64,000 nucleotides of DNA. Source: Macrostomum lignano. Taxonomy: Eukaryota. The DNA is taken from the NCBI GenBank assembly GCA_002269645.1, contig NIVC01002533.1, positions 62,001 to 126,000 of the forward strand, written 5' to 3'. Positions 1-11,068 of the stretch are shown piece by piece. A program made the translations under genes and the position numbers. The stretch's first letter is position 1, and the number at the start of each line of letters is the position of its first letter. Below the pieces are notes generated by a model. It saw only the letters and a list, made by a program, of their open reading frames with translations, did not search any database and was not told where the DNA came from.

Positions 1-648
1 AGCCACTCGAGTGCTGAGCTGCTCATTTTATTGCAAGCAGCACAGTGCACTGCAGTCCTGTTGTTGAATCCTCTAAACTTGAAACACTCGACTCCATTCA
101 TCTTCTCTTTGATGAACTGCATTGATTCCGTCTTCTGGAATATGGCCGCAATGTGGATGACTGTGTTATTGTTAGCATCTCTGTCAGTGAGACAGTCTGG
201 TTCGAGCTCGTTCACCAGCCACTCGAGTGCTGAGCTGCTCACAGCATTGCAAGCAGCACAGTGCACTGCAGTCATGTTTTGCATTCCTCTCAGCATGAAA
301 CACTCGACTCCATTCATCTTCTCTTTGATGAACTGCATTGATTCCGCCTTCTGGACCTCAGCCGCAAGGTGGATGGCTGTTTCATTGATTGCATCTCTGT
401 CAGTGAGACAGTCTGGTCCAAGCTCGTTCACCAGCCACTCGAGTGCTGAGCTGCTCACAGCATTGCAGGCAGCACAGTGCACTGCAGTCCTGTTGTTGAA
501 TCCTCTAAACTTGAAACACTCGACTCCATTCATCTTCTCTTTGATGAACTGCATTGATTCCGCCTTCTGGAACTCAGCCGCAATGTGGATGACTGTGTTA
601 TTGTCTGCATCTTTGTCAGTGAGACAGTCTGCCTCGAGTTCGAAGATC
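1..648. repeat. Coding tandem repeat, 3 x 216 bp (72 aa = two ankyrin repeats per unit)
   Basis: agccactcgagtgctgagctgctc recurs at 1, 217 and 433; units are near-identical at the DNA level. Confidence 0.9.
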
Positions 649-1103
649 AGCCATTGGAATGTCGATCCATTATCTGTGTGATTCTCAGCTGCCCTATGCA
701 TCACTGTTTTCTGCCTGCTATCTCTTGCTTCGAATGGGTTCCAGTCCACTTCTGCTGCCTGCAGCAGATGTTTCAAGAACTCCATTGTCTCCGCAGTCTG
801 ACTCTTCGCTGCCAGGTGAGTCACCGAGTCGCCATCGCTGTCAATCAGCCGAAATATGTCGACCCCGTGCCCCATCTCCAGTAATCGAAGAACCGGCAGT
901 CCGTCTCTGTCCCGAGCTGCAGCAAAAATGACGCCTTTGGCGAAGTCTTCTCCAGGTCCGACGATGTTCTCGGACACCTGGAACAGCAGATCATCAGTCA
1001 GCCGTTCGTCTCCGGCTGCTACCGCCTGCTTGATCTGCCTGTAAAGAGTCTGGGACGACTGGGAGGCCTCATATTCGCTGGGCTCGCTGGGACTCAGAGC
1101 TCT
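1..1103 (-). CDS. Ankyrin-repeat protein, large exon (continues beyond left edge of window)
   Basis: Minus frame is open from the acceptor atttcag|AGA at 1103 to base 1: RALSPSEP...DSDGDSVTHLAAKSQ...DSRQKTVMHRAAENH...DADNNTVIHIAAEFQKAESMQFIKEK...RGFNNRTAVHCAAC. These are ankyrin T-x-x-H-x-A-A motifs. Absent from the ORF track because there is no stop inside the window. Confidence 0.85.
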
Positions 1104-3521
1104 CTGAAATGCGGATGGGGTAGATTGTTATATTTAGAGGGTATGTTGTAGCGTATAAAATTGGCAGTGAAGCTCGGGGATATATTAGTAAATTACAGAG
1201 GGCAAAATAGAAACGTTTCGGCTTTGTTCGGTCTTCAGTGCCGTGCTATGTGACTGAAAGGTTGCAGAGCAGCTGTTTTCCGCTATCATGTCGATGAGCA
1301 TTGCTGCGGACTTGTCTGTGCTGTTTTGTTGAGGGCATTCGTCAACCAAAACGCATCTAGCTGGAGAATTTGACATTTGCTCGGGTAGCTAATGAAGGTT
1401 GTGTTGCTGCCTGCCATTACTCCTTGTTAGGTCATTAACAAGGAACTCTATTGCAACGCCGAACTGACTCGTTAAAGCGATATTATTAAGTGTGCAGGAA
1501 TGTTATTGCTGTACTCCTGTCAAATGTGAATGTTTCGAATTCACCAGAGTAACAACCGAATTCGCAAGCCGACGGGCAGTAAAAGTGCATGGCAGAATGC
1601 GCGATTGCAGTGCGGAGCACCGATGCTGATAGTGAAGTCTGCTTGCTGTTCGATCATTGACCCCTAGTTCTTGACTCAGTGACAAAGAGGCTGCCGCAGC
1701 GCTACTGCCGCCCATAACTGCACTGCGCTAGGCGGAATCGTGGAGGTGCCGAATAACTGCTGCTAGAGCGTGCCAGAGCATCTGGTTTCCGCTATCATGG
1801 CAATGGCGAGTAATGTTGTTGTGTCAAGAGTAGACGATATGTGGAACTCATTTGACGTATCCTCTCGGTTGCTCCAGGGTGATTGAGTTCGAGTCTGCTT
1901 GCGTCTGTATCTGTCAGGGTTGCTGCCTGGGTGCTGAGGACCGACTTTCCTGCCAATGATGAAGGATTTTTGAGACCTTTCTTTGTTCGGCATTTGTCGT
2001 AGGTCGATACCGACTGAAGTGGCGGCTTTGTTTCATTGGCTGCGCCGACGGGCTCGTCCTGTTCTCAGCTAGAGATGAGGCGCTACCGAGTGATGCTCAT
2101 CAATGGTGCCCCTTTTCTTTGGTTATTGCGCTTTTACTTTGCTTCCTCAGCTCTACTTAACAAATATGTCAAAGACCTTGTACCACCCAGCTCAACCTCA
2201 GACACTTTGAGATGTTAAGTCAGCAAGCATTTCGATTTTGAGTTCGACTTTCACCTTTCACGAGTGGGAGTCTCTGGGTCTCTCGACGAACTTGGTGAAA
2301 TATTGACTTTCATGTTCACCTGACATCCTTGATGCTGAAGGCCACAAGAGTCCCACAACCTTTTAAATTTCTTTGCACTAGTAGAGGAATGAATGTCCCA
2401 TTGCAAAAACCGGCACTTCGGGAAAGCTTGAACACTTAAATATACAAAGTAACTTCTGATCCCGAATCATTCAGTCATTTTGAATAAACGCAATAAATAT
2501 ATTTATTGTCATTCAATGAGATAGTGGATTCATGAACAGAAAACCAGCTTAACAATAATAAATTGTAATCGAGTAAAGACGTTACACATTAAGTCAACAA
2601 CCAATGAGCCTGAAATGCGATGTGACGTCACGTGATCGCCCTTTTAGATCATGCAGGTCTGAAATGCTGCGACTCCGTGACGTCTCAAAGCGCCACTGAG
2701 ATGCTCGTCATTGTCAACTTTGCGAGAGCTGTTGAGTACATCGCACATAACACAAAAAACAGAAACTGCGGCATGATTCCCAGCCAAGGATTCAGACCAT
2801 ATATTCCCAAATAAGTGGACCCAAATAAGTGCAAATCCCAAGACAAAACTGCCTAATTAGATAATCTGAAGGAGTGCCTTCAGATTTACGAGATTACCAT
2901 GAAGCACAGTTCTAATTAGCACAATAGCACAAAGCACAATTTTAAATATGAAATTGGGCTTAGTTTGCGTGAAACTGCAAGTAAAAAACTACAACTATAG
3001 CCATGAGGTATTAGAAGAGCACAGTGCACATTTTATGGATCGATTATGGATTCGGCAGAGCCGCTTCATCAAGCTCGCACTGGCGCAGGCGCGGCTGTGA
3101 AAGTTTTGTCAAAGTCTGGCGCAATAATCGAGCAAACAAACTTTAAGTGACGCAACAGCGCAGTGCAAACTGCGTCTGCAGCGCTGTCAAAGTGCGCAAT
3201 AAAATTCTGTAAATTTTTCACTGCGCTCAAAACGGAGCAGCGAGTTCAAGGTGAGCGCCTTTGCCAGTGCACGTTTGTGAGAGCAACCCGTTATTCCCAG
3301 GCTCTCTGGCTCTCAGGCTACAGCAGCCTTTCCAATATTCGTGGAGAAGGAAGAAAAGATGACGGAAGACAGGGAGGCGAGAAAAACTGGAGAATCGTGG
3401 TGATATTGAAGGTCAAACCTGAGCAAGATCTACTGAGTTTGATAATTCATGAAGATAAATACAATTTTACGATTTCTACAGTACAGCAAACACAATAGAC
3501 AGACGGCTGCTCAGTGCTCAC

Positions 3522-3656
3522 CTCAGCCATGGAGCTGCCCGAGTCCTGCGTGCCGCAGATCTGCCTTCGGCTGCTCAAGGGCGGCTGAGTCACCCGATCG
3601 CTGCCGAGGTGCTGACGGAGCTGAGCTGCTGGGCAAAGCTTGAGATTGAGATGCGT
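3522..3656 (-). CDS. Probable upstream exon of the ankyrin gene (may contain the start, ATG at 3530)
   Basis: Minus-strand acceptor ttgcattctcag| at 3657 and donor GAG|gtgagc at 3521. Phase 0 at both ends, open frame THLNLK...SSMAE, which joins in frame to the 1103 exon. Confidence 0.5.
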
Positions 3657-3696
3657 CTGAGAATGCAAGAGGGGTTTGAAATGATAGTTGGGTACA

Positions 3697-3962
<266 letters not shown>

Positions 3963-3991
3963 TCACTAAAGCCATGGAGACAGGCACTCAC

Positions 3992-4255
3992 CGGTTGCTC
4001 TTTGCGAGCTGTGTTGTGAGAATTCGGAACTAAAACTGTAAAGTTGTGTCTGTAGCTTCTCCGCTCCAAAAAAAGCCAATGCGGTCTTTGAAAGTTGAAG
4101 TCCACCTGAGCCTGAGACCGATCCGAGCTGAGGCGCTCCAAGAAGCCCCTTCTGCATCTCTTATAGAAAAGCTCGAAACGAAGAAAAGCAGAAAAGAAGG
4201 CTGGCAGAGAGCTAAACTTGCAAGCAGATGGAGAACAATAGCGAGAGCTCAGCAT
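3992..4255 (-). CDS. Possible first exon of the ankyrin gene (coding or 5' UTR)
   Basis: Donor CCG|gtgagt at 3991, phase 0 and in frame with the 3522-3656 exon; ATG at 4255. No recognisable domain. Confidence 0.3.
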
Positions 4256-4759
4256 CAATGCCTGTCTCTGTGCACCTCTGTGAATTGAGCTGAATCGTTT
4301 TCGGATGCACACGGACAGTTAAAGGGCCGCCACTGCACTCATGAGCATAGAGACAGCTCTGGCCCCTTATGCTGTTGCTAGGCAGCTCAGACCCCAACCT
4401 CACCGATGTGGAATCGAGCTCGGAGACGGAGTGCTGGGGGAGGTGGGGACCCCAAAGGCATTTAATTGAATAGTCAGTTTTAAAGCTTGTACGAGCGATT
4501 CAACAGTAACTGAAGGAATCGTGCATATTTGAAAACAATACTGCTGCACAAACTGCAATTGCTACTCTAGCTTGCTCGTGAGAGAGAAGTGCGCTGGCTG
4601 TGTTCGAGTATAATGTTGGTGCGTTACATAAAGGGCAGGTTGGGAATGCAGGTGTCTGCTACGTAGCTACGAGATCAGTCAAGGTTCCCCACATATATTC
4701 CATGTACCATGAACTTGACTCGCTAAAGTAAAAAAATTCATGTATAGACCCTGCGCTCA

Positions 4760-4896
4760 GAATCGGGAATCAGAATTTATAGGGATCAGGATTGGGGATG
4801 AGCATTGGGGATCAGGATCGGGGATCAGTATTGGGAGTCATTTAATGGGGACCAGGATTGGGAATCAGGATTGGGGTCTTTGATTGGGGATCAGGA
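4760..4896. repeat. Degenerate ~12-bp repeat (GGGATCAGGATT)n
   Basis: gggatcaggattgg variants repeated. Confidence 0.7.
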
Positions 4897-7800
4897 CTAT
4901 TGTGAGTCAACAGCTGAATAAATTGAGCCTGAGGAGATCCTCGACCGCGTCCTCGCAGCGGTGCTAAAAACGAAATCATTCGACAAAGATTTGGACAATA
5001 ATTGCAGCCTTTGGGACAACATATTTAACGATTTCGAGTCGATAGCATGGCAATGGCCATCAAATGCCAACAATCATATGCACATGTAAGCGAGTCTGAA
5101 GCGGTGCATGGTTCAAGAATCGAAGCAATTAGACTACGAGCGTAATGATTCCCAAACTGGATAATTTGGCTCATAATGTATAATACGAGCGTACATTAAA
5201 TGTAAGAGTCAGATTCGAATCTACATGTACTTGATTTAATAGATACATGCAGCATTTGATTTTTTATACAGATTCTTCTGCGGTACAAGTACAGTAGATG
5301 GAACTACAGATAAATTTTGTCAAAGCCTATGGGCATTCAATCGAATGTCGAAATTGACACCCGAAACTTACAAAATGCAAATCGACACTTCAGTTCAGGA
5401 CTAAACCAATTAATGTAGCTATAGGAATTCTAGCCAGGAGACTACAGCCTGATGTGGACCGGCCGCGAAGCCTTGATCTTTACCAGTAGATCTAGATCTT
5501 CTCTTCTCTTTTAATCTCCTCCATTAGCGCAACCAGAAATTTGTTGAAGGGGATTCTGCAGAGAGGGCATGAAGACCTAAAAACGGACAGATGGGGTGTG
5601 GCTCGATCTCTACATATATTTTGTCATAAATGCGCTTAACAATCCCTGTTGTCATTTTTCATGCCTCCGCAATGCAACTAAAGGGCCGGGGGCACCCCAC
5701 ACCCCTGAGTGCGCTCCCCCTGATTTCCTCTCTCGCCTCTCCTTCTCTAATGTATCTTCTCTTTCCTATCTTCTCAAGCCCTCTCTTTCCTTTTCTCTCT
5801 GATCTTCTTCTTACATGTACCTTTTCTTCCTCATCAGTCCCGCTTATAATATAAGCTAGATTATTTACATACAGTGTATGGTCATTGAGGTACATGTAAA
5901 ATCGGCCAAGTTTAAACACTAGTCCTAGGGGCATCGCCACCGGGGTGTTCAGGGGCCACGTCCCTCCAGAAAAAGCTGTCAGGGGACATGCGAGTGCTTT
6001 GTCCTCCCGCAACTTTTGTGACCCGGTTGTGGAAATCAGTAATTTTGTTTCAATACAGAGGAGCGACAAAATGAGTGCAAGGACTATACTGTATATGTAT
6101 GTAGTGGTCCTTGAATAAGTGCCTGCGGCACCGAAATGATTGCCTGCGCTGCTAAAATGAATGCGTGCCTCCGGTGCCAAAGCGAGTGTCTGCATCTCCA
6201 AAATGAGGGTTAACTCAAACTATACTCAAAACTAATTATGTAATTTAATAAACACGTAGGGATTTAGTGTTGTACATGTAGAATTCTTGATTACACAGTT
6301 AAATTTTATTATTTAATTTCTTAAAGCACTTTAAAAACTGTTACATCAATTATGTCACAATAACTAAAATTGTATAAATATTTGTTATAAAGACAGTATT
6401 ACATCTTCCGGACTTTTTTAAAGCTCCAATATATATTGCCCCACTTGCAACTCAGGGTGCAGCAGCAGCATAGTCTGTGGGCTGTGACCGACCACTTTCT
6501 AATCATATTTTCGCCTAGCTGCTCAGACAAATGTTTGATTGGATTGTGCTCAAGGCAACCATTGCATTGTTTTAGCAGTTAACTGTTTTCATTCATTATT
6601 TTGCATGTGTACATCTATGTTGTATACACTATACAGTGGTAGCAGAATAAAAGTGGGGCCAACTGGTCAGTGGAGTACCAGCTGGAGCTGGCTGGCTAGA
6701 GTTGAGTAGTTGACAGTTAGGGCCTATGCCATCTGTAGAGGCCCACTATGCCCCATGGAACCGTAGTATTATGAAAATGAAGTCCAGTTGAGGCTGGACT
6801 AGGTAGGGCCTAACCGCCTAATATATATGTTGAAACTGTATCATTTAGCCTAGTAGTAAAACACTAGGCTTAGCCTTGCTATTTAATAAGGCATTCTTCA
6901 AAAACCATTATGCTGTTAGCCTACACAGTATCAATTAATTTTAAGCTTAAATTTGTACCAAAACTTAGAAAATAATGCCAAAAGCCAAAAGGGCATTGAA
7001 TAGTTTAAAGCTTTTTAAGACACTATGCAAATCATGGCATTGCTTGAGCTTGAACTTGAATAACTAGGCCCTATTTAAAATAAGTTGAGTTAATAAAATT
7101 TTTTAGCCACTTTATCAATTTTTCAATAGGCCTATATAAGCCTAAGTGTAGAGAAACATTTATTTAGGGCCTTAATTTAATATTTTCTTTTTTATTAATT
7201 GACCAATTTTAAAAAGCAGGCCCTAATTTATCCTTTTATTGTCTTTTTAGGCCTATACTAGGCTTAAGTCAAATAGGAATTATATAGGCTGGATATAAGG
7301 ATCCTTGTCAACTTGTCAACTGGTATTTTATTGGTATAAGACCAAGATGGCCACACACCAAGATAGCCACAGCTAGGGTAGGGGTCACAGAAAATGACAA
7401 CTGGTTTTCTATTGGATAGCTTTGGGTGGGGAGATGTAGGGTTGCAATGGGGGGTTTAGATAGGCAATCAAAATTTTATCAAGCCTAGTATATTGTAGGG
7501 TTAGAGACAAAAATAGTTATGATAAGATAGGCCTAAGCAGATAAAAGGAGAGGGTAGAGATGAAAGAGACTTGAAGCTAGGTCATACCCTATCCCAATCA
7601 AAGTCAATAGGAAATGAGGAAATAGCCTATATAGACCTATTTCTATCCAAGTAGCCATTTAAGCTATGGCCATCTTAGTATATGGCCATCTGTATGTGGC
7701 ATTTTAGCTTGGCATTTTTGTCACTAAAAGGTGTCATTGTTATTCTTGCCATTTACCATTTACTTTTGTCTACATTCGGAAACACATTTAGATATTCAGA

Positions 7801-8284
7801 TTTGGATTCGGAATTTTTTGTAGATTCAGTTTTAGAAACTTGCAAAAATTTATATTTGGTCTATCACTATGTGACAATAAATTAGCTTTTTTGAATTGCT
7901 TAAAGGACCCTATTTTGGCTAATAATTTAGTTGATTTTTATGATTTTTTTGGCAATGCTATTCATAGTAGAATATTAATACATGCAAAGATTTGTTTAAA
8001 TGCTTTATTACAAGCAAAAAAAACTAGAAAGCTTATAATTTTATGCATAAAAATAAACTTTTTTTCATCTTTTTTCTACTTCACAGTCACTTTTCTATAT
8101 AGTATAGTGCATATGATTTTATACAATTATTTTATAAAGTACATACCAAGTGTATATATAGGCCTACTATTTTCTTAGGAGTGATACATGCCAATTGTGC
8201 ATGTCTACTTTTGGTGTGCAAGGCCAATGCACTCCTAAGTTTTTAGGCATATATTATATGATTCAGACTGTGATACTTGTGGGA

Positions 8285-8980
8285 TCCCATGACCCTGTTA
8301 TCTAGATTGAGACTTTCTCCAACTCCTATCTCCTTTCTTCTTTTTGCTCTATCTATTTCTACTCTCCTCTCTGTTCTTATCTCTTTTCTTTTATCTCTAT
8401 TCTCTTCTTCAAGTTTTTCCTTTACTCTCCCATTTTTTCTCTTTCCTTTTTTATCTTTTTTCTTTCTTATCATCTTTTTTCTTTATTCTTTTATCTCTTC
8501 TTTGTGTCTATATTCTTTTTATCGTCTCTTCTTTCTTTTCCCGTATCTCTCCTTTCCTCTCTATAGTCTCATCTCTACTTTCAGGTTCAGGGCTCTCATC
8601 TTTCTTATCTTTTCTCTTGACTCTACTTTGTCCTCCTTACTCTCTTTTCTTTCTTTTTTACTTTTTCCTTGTTCATCATTTATCTTTTCTCTCTTATCTT
8701 TGTTTTCCTTTCTGTTCTCTTATTTCTCTTTTTATCTATATATTCTCTATTGCATCATCTCTCTTCTTATCTCTCTTGTCTCTTTTCTCCCCTCTTTTCT
8801 CTCTCCTTTCCTCTTTTTTCTTAACTACCTCATTTCTTCTCTTGTTTTTATTATCTATTCTCTTCTTTCTACCCTCTTCCTTTAATTTTCTATTCTTGTA
8901 TTCTCTTTTATTAAATTTTTTATCTCTTTCTTTTTCTTTTTATATTTTCATTTATTTGGCCTTTTCATTCTTTTCATAAA
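8285..8980. repeat. CT-rich low-complexity tract
   Basis: About 700 bp of T/C-rich sequence; the F/L/S-rich ORFs over it are compositional artefacts. Confidence 0.9.
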
Positions 8981-9154
8981 ACAGATATCCATGAGATCAA
9001 AATCCTTTCTATTAAACTGATAAAATGATCTATCAATTTAATAAATATTATCTCTATCAAATTTTAGTCAATCAAGATGCTGTGAAATTAAAATCTATAA
9101 AAATAGTGATGGATAAAAATTTGATTCAATCATTAAGTGTCATGTACTCATACT

Positions 9155-9209
9155 CAGTGCTGTGACCCTCAGAAATGGTCACGTGACCCCACTGGGTTGA
9201 GAACCACTG
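9155..9209. mobile_element. hAT/Charlie-like MITE end fragment
   Basis: Ends in gggttgagaaccactg (reverse complement CAGTGGTTCTCAACC, a common hAT MITE terminus). No matching TSD found. Confidence 0.4.
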
Positions 9210-9528
9210 GCCTAGCTTATACACAGTAACTGCTTATTCTAAGGCACTAATAATAAAACCAATTGAATCTCAATACAGTCCTAGCTATCTATAGCCTTTG
9301 TTTATACTGTATATTGCTAATGTACAAATAGCCCAAACCTCTTATTCCAGGTGAATCATTAAAATTGAATTGCATCCCTAACATGGGGTTTTAAAAAGCC
9401 AAACACATGTCATTTACCCTTCTAATACACAATCCAAGTTGGCGGCTATCTTGGAGAAATTACAAATTAAACCTAGTTGGCTAGTTGATCAATCAGTCTA
9501 CTTAGCTTTAGATATAAGAGGCATTGTA

Positions 9529-10487
9529 TGAGGGTCATCCCAAAAGTTTCAGCAAATGCCTATTAAATTTCAACAAACGAGTGTCAGAACAATGAACATG
9601 TCAAAAACCTTCAAAATAACTTCCGTTGACTTGAATTGTGCGCTCCCAGCAGCCAGGCAACTTCTGAATGCCATCAGCAGCGCTGGATTCACACAAATCT
9701 TTTGCAATGCGGCCGACCTCGCTGAACAGGTCATCCAAGCAATGGAAACGACGTCCTTGGAACTGGTTCTTAAGCTTTGGAAAAAGGTCGAAATCGCAGG
9801 GACTGAGGTCTAGGGAGTAAGGAGGATGAGGCAGCACCTCCCACTGGTAGTCCCGCAGTAGGTCCTGCACAATGTGGGCTGTGTGCAAACTGGCATTGTC
9901 GTGCAGAAGGAGTGGACCAAGTTCCAGGGTCTGTGGCCGCTTTTTGCGCAAGGCCACCTGAAGATGGTGAATAATGAAGCTCGACGAGGGGATTCCAGAC
10001 AGCTCAGCCATTTCTTCGCATGTCCAACGGCGATTGATGTTCAGCAGCCCTTGGATCAACTCGATGTTCAACTCTGTGCAAGCTTCTTTTGGCCTTCCTT
10101 GTCCTCGACATCATCCTTGACATCAGAGCGGCCATTCTTGAATTGACTGTACCAGTTGTACAAGGCTGGCTGCCTCACATTTGGCCCATGGGCCTGCAGC
10201 AACTGACTGTGAATTTGAGCTGCAGGGACACCACAAAGACATTCAGTTTTAATGTATGAATGCTGCTCCAAGTTTGATGGAAATTCCATTTTATCGTTGT
10301 CGGCCAATGTTTGATTTAGTATCTCACAAAATGTTCTTTATAAAACAGAATTTTGCAGCTAGAATGCTAAAAACTTACTCAGACACCCGAAATATGCTCA
10401 TCTTTTGTGTGGTATAAGTGCTGTAGTCCTAAAAGTTGTCTATGGCACAAAATCATTCGATTGCTGAAACTTTTGGGATGACCCTCG
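9529..10487 (-). mobile_element. Mariner (Tc1/mariner, irritans-like TIR) transposon, internally deleted, non-autonomous
   Basis: 27-bp TIRs (t/c)gagggtcatcccaaaagtttcagcaa at 9529-9555 and 10461-10487, each flanked by TA. Transposase remnants include the N-terminal HTH and HDNA...HPPYSLDLSPCDF motifs. Confidence 0.95.
9601..10307 (-). pseudogene. Mariner transposase pseudogene (frameshift near 10070, central deletion)
   Basis: ORFs 10068-10307 and 9601-10071 are in different frames. The WVPHEL linker and the first catalytic Asp region are missing (junction ELSGIPSSS/FIIHHLQ). Confidence 0.9.
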
Positions 10488-10962
10488 TATTTGTAGCAGT
10501 TTATCTTTATAAATCAAACCAATGTTAGTATATAGGCTTATGGCCTATAGGGCCGTTAGCCTGTATAAAACATTCCTAATAGAAAATAGCTAATTCTAGC
10601 CTTGTAAGGCATAGAGCTTGACAAGTCAAAAAGTATTAAAATGGTATTATGAGCTTAGCTTTGGCAAAGTCTTCTATATATAAATGTAGGGTAAATTAAG
10701 CAATTAGATTTGAGAGCAAAGGCTTCTATATATAAGTCCTCTATATGTATTGAAGCATCCATGTTTTTAGTTTAGTACCAGATATTTTTTATCATACCTT
10801 ACTCTTTGATGTCATATAATATAATATTTTTTCATTTATTTAATATTAAAATTAGAATGTGGGCTCTAATCTAAAAATAAGTGCCTTGTAAAATATATAT
10901 TTTTAAATAATTAAAGTATTCATTTTTTTGCTCAGGTGCTTTTTTGTTGATTTATTCTCATT

Positions 10963-11068
10963 CATACATGCGCAACAGTCGGCCAAGTCAGCCGATCTGG
11001 CTGACTGATTTGGCAGCCAACTAAGGAAGTCGCAAAAATGCCCACCTAAAAAATACTAAAGTAGTAGT
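10963..11068 (-). mobile_element. Truncated, decayed copy of one end of the 13406-13702 TIR element
   Basis: catacatgcgcaacagtcggcc...gtcgcaaaaatgccca aligns to the reverse complement of 13621-13702 with 9 differences in 82 bp. Confidence 0.85.

Noticed and set aside
31-1044. Plus-strand ORFs 31-681, 585-884, 659-931, 856-1044
   Set aside because: Antisense shadows of the minus-strand ankyrin exon; no recognisable motifs.
1185-1993. Minus ORFs 1185-1376 and 1763-1993 sharing MIAE-x-x-CS-x-T (duplicated ttccgctatcatg segment)
   Set aside because: Only ~45 bp of similarity, with no convincing splice sites or domain. They could be extra ankyrin-gene exons or decayed repeats, but I cannot support either.
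2620-2640. tgacgtcacgtga overlapping CRE/E-box motif
   Set aside because: A single short motif in an intron with no evidence of a nearby start site.
8243-8979. Long hydrophobic F/L/S ORFs that look like membrane proteins
   Set aside because: Translation of a CT-rich low-complexity tract.
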